Assembly (NCBI GenBank): GCA_963823035.1
Contig: CAWGKG010000020.1
Coordinates: forward strand, 128,001 to 192,000
DNA length: 64,000 nt
From: an uncultured Gemmatimonadales bacterium
Lineage (GTDB): Bacteria; Gemmatimonadota; Gemmatimonadetes; Longimicrobiales; Gaopeijiaceae
Direction: 5' to 3'
The notes beneath the pieces were generated by a model, which was not told the DNA's origin, did no database searches, and saw nothing but the letters and a program-made list of their open reading frames with translations. Both the position numbers and the translations under genes were made by a program. Below are positions 9,987 to 18,737 of the stretch, in pieces. Position 1 is the stretch's first letter, and every line of letters starts with the position of its first letter.

Positions 9987-12072
9987 ATCCCTTCGTCCAG
10001 AGCTGGTTGTCCCGATCCACGTCCGGGAAGAGCGCATCGGGATCGATCTCGACGCGCGTCACCTCCGGCGCGGCGGGGAGCCTCACGACGTGCCGACGCG
10101 CGCCCTCCAGCCAGACGGCCACGGGCACGTCGACGCGCTGGACCGAGCCGTCGGCCCGCGTCACGGCCAGGAGCACCGGCATGGGCGCCATGCCACGGTC
10201 CTCGATCGTGATCGCGACCGAGTCACCCTCCGTGGCGACGCCCGCCACCGCCTGGTCGAGCGACCATCCCTCGTAGAACCACGTGCGCCAGAACCAGGAG
10301 AGGTCGCGACCCGTCACCTCTTCGATCGTGTTGAAGAAGTCCTCCGGGGCGGGGTGCAGCCCGATCCACCGGTAGCCGTACTCGCGGAAGGCGCGGTGGA
10401 ACGTCCCCTCGCCCAGGACGCCGCGGAGGGCCGCCAGCACCTGCGCGGTCTTGTTGTAGTACATCACGAAGTAGAGCGAAGACGGGAAGCGGTCGCCCGC
10501 GCGCATGAGCCCCATGTCGTCTCCGCGCCGCGCCGCTGCGACGTAGAGCCGGCGCTGGCCGGGCTCCGAGTCGTTGGGGCGGCCGCCGGCGCGCGGTTCA
10601 CCGTAGAGCGGCCGCATGGCCTGCGCGACATCGAACTGCGTGAAGCCCTCGTCCATCCACGGATGGCGCGTCTCGTTCGAGCCGACCTGCATGGGAAACC
10701 ACATGTGGCCGGTCTCGTGCATGAGATCCCCGGCGAGCGACAGCGTATCCGCCCAAGGCTGCATGAGCGTCATCATGGGGTATTCCATGCCGCCGCCGTC
10801 GAGCACGCCCTCCATCGACGTCATGTGCGACCAGGGATACGGCCACAGGTACGCGGACAGCTGCTCGATCGCGTCGCGCGTGTAGCGTGCGCCGCCGACC
10901 GCCCATGCGGCCGCGGGCGCGCTGCGCCTGTAGAAGCTGTGGATCGCGACCGTATCCGCCGTGGCGCCCTCACCGACCAGCGCGCGCGTCGCGTCCCACA
11001 CATAGGCGTCGCTCGTCCCCCACGAGAAGTCGCGCACGTCGCGAGCGGTGAAGTGCCACGTCGTGGTGGGCCCACCGGGCGCGAAGGTGTCCTCGGCGTG
11101 TGGGCCCGGCTCCTCCACGCGCACGACGCGGCCGGTCGCGTGCGCCTCCGCCAGACGGTCGCGCGCGGCGGGGGAGAGCACCGCCTCGGGGTTTCGCAGC
11201 TCACCGGTCGCGCCCACCACCCAGCCGTGCGGGACCGTGAGGCGGACGTCGTAGTCGGCGGGCTCCATGTAGAACTCCGCCTGCAGGAGATACGGGTCGG
11301 CCACCCATCCGTGCAGGTCATCGTAGACGGCGATCTGCGGGTACCAATAGCCCATGAACCAGACCCGGCCGTCGTGGCCCTCCCGTCCGTCGCCCGGGGC
11401 GGGTGCCGGGGCGTAGGACCAGTCCACCTGGAGCGTGGTACTGTCGCCCGGCAGCAGGGGTCGCGGCAGCGCGATCCACATCACGGTGCCATGGACCGCG
11501 TACCGACCCGCGCCGGGCGCTCCAGGCGGAGATTCCGTGACGGTCAGCATGGGATCCGAAGGTGGCTCCGCGTCGAGCGTGCGCTGGTCCACCGCGACCC
11601 GATCGAGCGTCATGCCGCCCGTGACCGGCGCCGCGCTCAGCCTCGGGCTACCCGGCGCGAGGGCGTTCTGTCGCACGTGCACGGCGAGCTGGGCGAGCGT
11701 GTCCGGAGACAGGTTGCGGTAGACCACGCGCTCGGACCCGTGTACGCGTCCCTCGTCGGGGTCCAGGCGGGCGTCGATGTCGTAGCGGGGGTGCTGGACC
11801 CACGCACCCGCCCCGGGGCGACCCGAGCGGGTGCGCGTGCCCCGCGCGACCGCCCGCGTGAACGCCGCGCTCTCGTAGACCGGCCCGGGTAGGGGGCGGC
11901 GGTCGGTGCCAGCGGTGGCCGCCGGATCGACCGCGGGGGAGGGAAGCGTCTGGGCCCGGGCGGCCGGAACGACCGCGAGCAGCGGGACGGATACGGCGAG
12001 GGCAACGACGCCGCGCCGAATCCGTGACGCTGCCGCGGGGTGGGCGCGCTCCGGTGGCGTCGGGGCGATCAT
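9967..12072 (-). CDS. Secreted M1-family zinc metallopeptidase
   Basis: Signal peptide, GGMEYP, HETGHMWFPMQVGSNE...WMDEG (HExxH-x18-E); ATG 12072 overlaps the upstream stop. Confidence 0.9.
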   Translation of the reverse strand: MIAPTPPERAHPAAASRIRRGVVALAVSVPLLAVVPAARAQTLPSPAVDPAATAGTDRRPLPGPVYESAAFTRAVARGTRTRSGRPGAGAWVQHPRYDIDARLDPDEGRVHGSERVVYRNLSPDTLAQLAVHVRQNALAPGSPRLSAAPVTGGMTLDRVAVDQRTLDAEPPSDPMLTVTESPPGAPGAGRYAVHGTVMWIALPRPLLPGDSTTLQVDWSYAPAPAPGDGREGHDGRVWFMGYWYPQIAVYDDLHGWVADPYLLQAEFYMEPADYDVRLTVPHGWVVGATGELRNPEAVLSPAARDRLAEAHATGRVVRVEEPGPHAEDTFAPGGPTTTWHFTARDVRDFSWGTSDAYVWDATRALVGEGATADTVAIHSFYRRSAPAAAWAVGGARYTRDAIEQLSAYLWPYPWSHMTSMEGVLDGGGMEYPMMTLMQPWADTLSLAGDLMHETGHMWFPMQVGSNETRHPWMDEGFTQFDVAQAMRPLYGEPRAGGRPNDSEPGQRRLYVAAARRGDDMGLMRAGDRFPSSLYFVMYYNKTAQVLAALRGVLGEGTFHRAFREYGYRWIGLHPAPEDFFNTIEEVTGRDLSWFWRTWFYEGWSLDQAVAGVATEGDSVAITIEDRGMAPMPVLLAVTRADGSVQRVDVPVAVWLEGARRHVVRLPAAPEVTRVEIDPDALFPDVDRDNQLWTKGSTPSGR

Positions 12073-13913
12073 AGGATGATCCGCACCCCGCCCAGATCCT
12101 CGACCCGGTGCGGGAAGCGATCGCCCGGCGTGCCGATGAACATCGCGTTCTTCGCCACGCTGAGGCGCTGGGAGAGGCGCTCGATGAGCTCCGGGCCGAA
12201 CGTTCCGCGCACCGCCAGGAAGTCGATCTTGAGCTGCGGGTAGAGGTGGTCGACCGTTCCGAGCTGTGTGGCCAGATCCGCGGGAATCTCGCCCTCGTTC
12301 TCGTAGACGTTCACGACCTTCATGCGGTTCGTCTGCTCGTTCTTGAGCACGTAGAGTGCGGCCCGGTTCAGCACGGAGATGTCGTCGCCCTTCGTGAAGT
12401 ACACGACCTCGCGGCTGCTGATCTGCTCGATCTTCCCGTAGATCGTGCGCCGGATCCACTCGTTGGCCGCCGTGACGCGGTCGACGAGGGCGCGCGAGAA
12501 GAAGAGCCCGACCCGCAGGATCTCGACGCGGAGGAACATCGCCATCACCGCCGCCAGGCCGATGATATAGTACGTGGCGAAGACCTCCACGTTGAGCGGG
12601 TCGAGGAGGATGTTGCCGAGCAGGCCGATGAGGACGGCGATCAGCGCCATGATCGCGGTGGGCCAACTGGCCCGCACGGAGCGCGGCAGGCGGCCTCGCG
12701 TCTTCTTCAGGAGCATGTTCCCGATCGCATAGAGCGCCATCACGCTCAGGAAGGAGAGCGTATAGACGCCGGCGAGCGTCTCGATGTCCCCGCGCGTGAC
12801 GAACAGGATCGACGTGCACAGGGCGAAGAAGCCGAGGATGATCCAGTGATTCGTCTTCCTCCAGCGGTTCTCCACGAGGAGGAACTGCGGGAGGCACCGG
12901 TCCAGCGACATGCGTCGGACCAGCCCGGTCACGCCGACGTAGCTGGTGAGCACCGCGCCCGAGAGCACGAGCACGGCGTCGAGGCTCACCCACCACCCCA
13001 GCGAGGGACCGGCGGACAGCGTGCCCATCTGGGCCAGGAGGTCGCGCGGCACCTCCTGGATGGTCGCCAGGGGGAGGAGGCCCAGCGCCAGCAGCGCGAT
13101 GAGCGGATTGAACACCGCCACGGCCGCCCACATGTTGCGCAGCGTCTTCGGGAAGACGCCCTCGCGTTGCTCCTCGATGAAGTTCGCCGAGCTCTCGAAG
13201 CCGCTGATGCCCAGCATCGCGGCCGCGAAGCCGAAGAAGAGCGCGCGCAGCACCCCGCGCGGGCTGGGCAGCGCCCAGTTGTGCAGCAGCGTTTCGGGGT
13301 GGCGCGCCACGGCGACCCCCGCCACGACCGCCAGCACGGTCAGCGTCGCCAGGTGGAGGAGGAAGATCCCCAGCGCGACCGCGGCCGACTCGGTGATGCC
13401 CACGATGTTCAGGACGGCGAAGAGGCCGAGAACGCCCACCGTCGCCCAGATGATGTTGATGCCGGCGTAGAGGTTGTGCGTGTAGTGCATCGCCTCGTTC
13501 GCGCTGATCACCGCGGTGGCGATGTAGGACAGCAGCGTCAGGACGGCCGCGCCGGCCGCCAGCCGCTTCCCTGTCGTGTTGAGGAGGACGGTGTAGCTGC
13601 CGCCGTTCAGGGGCAGCGCGCTACCGACCTCGGCGTAGATACGCCGGAAGAAGTACAGCACGACGGCGACGATGACGAGGACCACCGGAGCCAGGGCGCC
13701 GGCCTGCGCGGCGCACAGCGCCGAGACGTAGAGCACGCTGGACGTGATGTCGTTCCCGCAGATGGCGGTGGCGCGCCAGCTTCCCAGCGTGTGCTTGTGG
13801 GCCTGGTCGAGGTGGGATACCGCGGTGGGGCCGGTGCCGAGGTCGGTGATCCTCCTCGCCTCCCCCCAGCCGGCGAAATCCCAGGGCTCTGCAGCGTGCG
13901 TACCGTCGGCCAT
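12069..13913 (-). CDS. APC-superfamily transporter with C-terminal cytoplasmic domain (KimA/YdaO-like motifs)
   Basis: About 12 TMs; GNDITSSVLY, ALPLNGGSY, SGFESSANF; soluble C-terminal alpha/beta domain. Confidence 0.85.
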   Translation of the reverse strand: MADGTHAAEPWDFAGWGEARRITDLGTGPTAVSHLDQAHKHTLGSWRATAICGNDITSSVLYVSALCAAQAGALAPVVLVIVAVVLYFFRRIYAEVGSALPLNGGSYTVLLNTTGKRLAAGAAVLTLLSYIATAVISANEAMHYTHNLYAGINIIWATVGVLGLFAVLNIVGITESAAVALGIFLLHLATLTVLAVVAGVAVARHPETLLHNWALPSPRGVLRALFFGFAAAMLGISGFESSANFIEEQREGVFPKTLRNMWAAVAVFNPLIALLALGLLPLATIQEVPRDLLAQMGTLSAGPSLGWWVSLDAVLVLSGAVLTSYVGVTGLVRRMSLDRCLPQFLLVENRWRKTNHWIILGFFALCTSILFVTRGDIETLAGVYTLSFLSVMALYAIGNMLLKKTRGRLPRSVRASWPTAIMALIAVLIGLLGNILLDPLNVEVFATYYIIGLAAVMAMFLRVEILRVGLFFSRALVDRVTAANEWIRRTIYGKIEQISSREVVYFTKGDDISVLNRAALYVLKNEQTNRMKVVNVYENEGEIPADLATQLGTVDHLYPQLKIDFLAVRGTFGPELIERLSQRLSVAKNAMFIGTPGDRFPHRVEDLGGVRIIL

Positions 13914-14006
13914 CGAAGCTCCCGTGAACGTGCGCGGAAATCGCGGAGAATGTAGCGGAGGAGGGGCCTTCGGGCCCATCGGCGCAGCATCGGCCGGCTC
14001 CTCGAC

Positions 14007-15170
14007 TCAGAAGCCGATGCCCAACCCGGCGCCGAGCGTCCTGCTGGAGGTGAAGCCCAGGTACGGGCGGCCGGAGGCGTCCAGCACGAACCACGCACCC
14101 AGCTCCGCCCCGGCCACGCGCGCGAAGCCCGGATAGATGTTGAGGCCGATGCGGCGATCCGTCCCGGCGTCCCAGGTCAGGCCCGCGAGGAGGATGCCGT
14201 CACGGTCCAGCCAGAGGCCGGCGGAAGGCGCGAACGCGGCGTACTCCAGCGCCGTGTACGGATCCAGCCACCGCTGGCGCGACTGCATGCCCACCGACAC
14301 GCTTACGTCCAATCCGTCGGAGCGCGGGATGGAGAGCCCGCCCTCGACGCCCATCCCCGCGCGCAGGAAGAGACGGGCGCGGTCCGTGAAGGGGATCGGC
14401 GGCTTGAAGACGATGCTCTCCCCGTTGTTCATGAGCAGCCGGTCCGTGAGGGTCACGGACGCTTGCGTCGGCCAGAGCGAGGCGTGCAGCCAACGCGCGA
14501 AGAAGCGCGCCACGAAGTCCTGCTGGAAGAACAGGACGCCGAGCGGGTCGAAGATGTACAGGTCCACCACCGCGCCCGCCGTGCCGTCCGCGACCCCGGG
14601 CTCACCGATGGGCATCTCGTAGGCCTCGTTCACCAACGACGAGGCGTACGTGACGAGCGCGGCGGTCACGCTCGGGAGCGGAACGCCGTGCGCCTCGTTC
14701 CACTCCCGCAGGCGCCGGTAGACGATGCCGCCCTCGACGATGTGGCCGAAGTAGTTGGGTACCCACTGCGAGTTGTTGAACCCGCCTTCGGCGAAGGGTA
14801 CGGCCTGGAACCGCAGCACCTCCTTCCATCCCCCGGCCCTCCTGGCGAGCACGCCCGGATGGTCCAACGAGGCCTTCACCGCGCTCCAGCCGTAAGGGTA
14901 GTCGAAGAGGTTGCGCCCCCTCCCCTCCCACTGGGAGATCGCGAAGCCCTTGTTGAAGAGCACGTCCAGCGGTCCGGCATAGGCGTCGGTGCCGTACGCG
15001 CGGCCGTGATAGAAGAAGGGGCCACGGTCAGCAGCGGAGTCGGCGCGCGCCGCGGGTGGAGCCGGCGGCGGCGCGGCGGACTGGACATGACACGCCAGCG
15101 CGCCGAGCGAGAGGAGGAGGGCTGTCGCGCGCCGGCGGCGGCGGGGCCGGGTCGGGCTCCGTCGGACGTA
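14007..15170 (-). CDS. Probable outer-membrane lipoprotein; start codon not visible (5' end approximate)
   Basis: Frame stays open upstream of GTG 14963: RRRRRATALLLSLGALAC lipobox (Cys at 15090-92); PNYFGH and beta-strand-rich C-terminus ending GLGIGF. Confidence 0.65.
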   Translation of the reverse strand, partial: YVRRSPTRPRRRRRATALLLSLGALACHVQSAAPPPAPPAARADSAADRGPFFYHGRAYGTDAYAGPLDVLFNKGFAISQWEGRGRNLFDYPYGWSAVKASLDHPGVLARRAGGWKEVLRFQAVPFAEGGFNNSQWVPNYFGHIVEGGIVYRRLREWNEAHGVPLPSVTAALVTYASSLVNEAYEMPIGEPGVADGTAGAVVDLYIFDPLGVLFFQQDFVARFFARWLHASLWPTQASVTLTDRLLMNNGESIVFKPPIPFTDRARLFLRAGMGVEGGLSIPRSDGLDVSVSVGMQSRQRWLDPYTALEYAAFAPSAGLWLDRDGILLAGLTWDAGTDRRIGLNIYPGFARVAGAELGAWFVLDASGRPYLGFTSSRTLGAGLGIGF

Positions 15171-15301
15171 GGACGGCGGTCGCGCGCCGGGCTCACGATC
15201 CGGCGGGCGCCGTCAGGGTCGAGCTGTGGCGGGTAGAGTCGATCTCGCACGAGCGGCGTCGATGTCCTGGGCAGGCGACAACGTCTGTCGCGGCTCTCAA
15301 C

Positions 15302-17916
15302 CTACCCCGGCCCGCCCTCCGAAAGAAGGGCTCGCGCCTGGTCGATCCGCCGTCGCACGCCCGGATCGAGGGGCTTGCCGCCCGCCCCCAGCGAGGTCTC
15401 CATCTCATCGAGGTGGGCCATGGCCTCGGCGCTCCTCGCCGTGTCGGATCAGGAGATCGACCAGGGAGAGCCGGGTCGAGATCGTGCGGGGATGGTCCGC
15501 CCCCACCGCCTCCGTCGAGACGCGCACCGCCTTCTCGTAGTCCGCCAGCGCCCCGTCCGGGTCGCCGAGCACGTCCTCGACCGACGCCACGCGGGCCCAC
15601 AGCATCGCGACGTCCTGGTGCACCGGACCGTAGAGCCCCTCGAGGATGGTCTCGGCTCGCCGGAAGTGGGCGAGCGCATCCGCCGGACGGTCGGTGCGCG
15701 CCTCGACGTCGCCGAGCACGCGCAACGTCGCGGCCACGCTCTCGTGTCTGGGCCCGAACAGCGCGGTGCGGATGTCGAGGGCCTCCAGGAGCAGGGACTC
15801 CGCCTCCTGGGTCCGCCCGAGCGGGACGAGCTCGTTGGCGAGCAGCGTCATGCTCTGCGCGACCGAGGGGTGGCGGGGCCCGAAGAGCCGCCTTCCGTCG
15901 CTCGAGGAGCTCTCGGTGCTCCCGCGCGGCTGCCGCGTGATCGCCGCGCGTGCTCTCCATCGCGGCGAGGTTGCTCTGCACGATGAGCGTGCGCTGGTGG
16001 TCCGGCCCCAGGATCTTCCGGAAGCGGGCCAGCGCCTGCCGGGACATGTCGACGGCCCCGTCCAGATCTCCCATCCGGTAGAGCACGACCGCGAGGTTGC
16101 TCATGGTCGTCGGCACGCCCACGTGGGCTTCGCCGAGGAAGCGGCGACGCATCGACAGGGACTCGCGGTAGAGCCCGGCCGCCTCCCCGTAGTCCCCGGC
16201 CGCTTCGCGCACGACGCCGAGGTCGTTGAGCGCCCGGGCCAGGCGGGGGTCGCCTTCCTCCGGAAACGCCTTCCGGCCCAGTGCAACCGACTCGCGGAGC
16301 ACCCGCTCCGCCTCGGCCTCGTCCCCGCGTTCGTGCAGGATCCAGCCCAGCACGTCGAGCGACGCTGCCACGTCGGCCTCCTGCGGCGTCGGCAGGCCGC
16401 GCCGCAGATCCAGGGCGCTCCTCGCCAGCGGCTCGGCGCGGTCCAGAACCCCCAGCTTGTCGTAGCCCTCGGCCAGGACGGCCATCATCTCGGCGCGCGT
16501 CTCGAGGTCGGGATAGGCCCCTTCCAGGTTCGACGCCCGGCGATCCAGCAGCTCGCGCGCCGTGACGGTGTCGCCCGTCGGCTCGTCGGGCCCCGTGGCG
16601 CTGAACATCTCCAGGAGGAAGGCCTGCGCCTGGAGCGCCTTGTCGCGCTCCCGCGAGACGCGCGCCGACTGCTCGCGGATGCGGCCGTTCTGGCGGAGGG
16701 TCATGGCGGTGGAGCCGCCGAGCAGGAGGATGAAGGCCGCGGCCGTGGCCACGGCCAGCGGGCGGCGGGTGACGAGCTTCCCGGCCCGGTAGGTCAGCGT
16801 CGGCCTGCGCGCGCTCACGGTGTGCCCGGCGAGGTGGCGGCCGACGTCCTCCGAGAGGGCGAGGACGGAGGCGTAGCGCTCGCCCGGCTCGCGGCGGACG
16901 GCTGTGAGCACGACGGTGTCGAGGTCACCGGCCAGGGCGCGCCGCAGATGCGGCCGCGTCGCCCCCACCGCAACGCTGGGAGGGACGGGGTCCGACTCGA
17001 GGACCCGCCGCTCCGTCTCGCCGCGGCTCTCGCCCTCCTTCCTGAAAGGGTGCGTGCCGGTGAGGAGCTCGTAGAGAAGGACTCCGAGCGCGTGGACGTC
17101 GCAGGCCGTGGTGATCGGCAGGCCCAGGATCTGCTCGGGCGCGGCGTATGCCGGGGTGAGTAGCCGTGTCTCGGGGCGGGTGTGGCCGCTCCGGTCGCCG
17201 TCCGCGTCGAGGATCTTGGCTGTGCCGAAGTCCAGCAGCTTGGGCGCCCCGCCCGACGTCACCAGGATGTTGGCGGGCTTGATGTCCCGGTGGACCACCA
17301 GGCTTCGGTGCGCGTGGTCGACTGCGGAGCAGACCGTGCGGAACAGGCGGAGCCGCTCGACGAGCGTCAGCCCCCGCTCGTCGCAGTAGCGCAGGATGGG
17401 CACGCCGTCGACGTGCTCCATCACGAAATAGGGCAGGCCCTCCTCGGTGGCGCCGACGTCGCTGAGCGCGGCGATGTTGGGGTGCCTGAGGTTCGCGAGG
17501 ATCTGCCGTTCCGTACGGAATCGGCGGATCACGTCCTCGGTATCGAGTCCGCGCCGAACCACCTTGAGCGCCACCCTGTGCCGGAAGTCCTCCGCCTCCC
17601 GCTCGGCCAGGTAGACCTGACCCATACCGCCCCGGCCGAGTGAGCCCACGATCCGATAGGGGCCGATGCGCTCGGGCAGGGGTGGCGAGGCCTCGTCGTC
17701 GGCCTCCTGGTCGGCCGGCCACCCCGGCGTGCGGTCGAGGAAGTCGGGCTCCTCGGTGCTCTCCGCCAGGAGGCTCTCCACCTCGCGGCGCACGTCGGGA
17801 TCGTCCGTGCAGGCGCGGTCCAGGAAGTCCGGGCGCTCCTCGGCCGGTAGCACGAGCGAGCGAGCGAGGATCTCCTCGACACGCGCCCACGCGTCGCGGG
17901 TCATCCCGTGGCTCAC
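15302..17916 (-). CDS. Membrane Ser/Thr protein kinase with C-terminal TPRs (two frameshifts, about 15895 and 15438)
   Basis: LGRGGMGQVY, VALK, HRDIKPANIL, DFG, YAAPEQ, TM, kinesin-light-chain-like TPRs; continues in the 15405-15851 frame, then ...ALLSEGGPG TAG at 15302. Confidence 0.88.
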
Positions 17917-18527
17917 GACGACGCGCCCTTCCGCTCGCCCCGGCCGGGCGCCGGGCCGCGCAACTCGCGCCGGAGCCAGAAGCGGGCGGCGGTCCAGGCG
18001 CGGCGCACGGTCACGGCGGACGTCCCCATCACCTCGGCGATCTCCTCGTAGGTGAGTCCCCCGAAGAAGCGGTAGGTGACCACGTCGGCGCCGCGCTCGT
18101 TGAAGGCCTTGAGCCGCTCGAGGGCCTCGTCGAGGGCAAGGACGTCGATGGCGTCCCCCTCCCCGGGCCCGCCCGCGAGGCCGTGGAAAGGGACGTGCTC
18201 GGCACCACCACCCCGCTTCCGCGCGTTCCGCATCTCGGCGTAGTTCACGAGGATGCGCCGCATCGCCTGCGAGGCCACCGCGTAGAAGTGCGCCCGGTTC
18301 TGCCAGTGGACGTGCCGCTGATCCACCAGCCGGAGGTACGCCTCGTGGACGAGCGCGGTCGTATTGAGCGTGTGGTCGTCGCGTTCCCGGCGGCGCCGGC
18401 TGCGCGCGAGCCGGCGGAGCTCGCCGTAGACGAAGGGGAAGACCCGGTTGAGCGCGTCGACGTTGCCGGCGCTCGCATCCGAAAGCAGCTGGGTGAGGTC
18501 CTCGGCGGGTGTCTCTGGCTTGGTCAT
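17913..18527 (-). CDS. ECF sigma factor, kinase-associated (TIGR02999-type)
   Basis: LTQLL...VYGELRRLA...HTLNTTALVHEAYLRL...WQNRAHF...RFFGGLTYEEIAE...TVRRAW; GTGA overlap with the kinase. Confidence 0.92.
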   Translation of the reverse strand: MTKPETPAEDLTQLLSDASAGNVDALNRVFPFVYGELRRLARSRRRRERDDHTLNTTALVHEAYLRLVDQRHVHWQNRAHFYAVASQAMRRILVNYAEMRNARKRGGGAEHVPFHGLAGGPGEGDAIDVLALDEALERLKAFNERGADVVTYRFFGGLTYEEIAEVMGTSAVTVRRAWTAARFWLRRELRGPAPGRGERKGASS

Positions 18528-18737
18528 CGCCCGCGGGTAGCTAGGGGGGGCGGCGCTCGGCGCCTTCGGCGCGGCGGGGGTCGGCGCCGAGCGCCTGACG
18601 TCTTGCAATAGGGGGAGCGCCCCCCGGGGGTCAAGGACCGTGGTCTCGGCGACCCGATGATCACTTTCGCCGCGTTTTCCTGCGTAGGTCTGCGAGAGGG
18701 TCCGTACCCCCTCGAGACTCCCCTGCCCGGAGAACCG

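Noticed and set aside
12073..13131. N-terminal extension of the M1 peptidase to 1054 aa
   Set aside because: Out-of-frame overlap with the APC gene; the signal peptide follows ATG 12072
18606..18634. MerR-type promoter (TTGACC with a GC dyad in the spacer) for the ECF gene
   Set aside because: The -10 is poor and G/C-run dyads are common at this GC content
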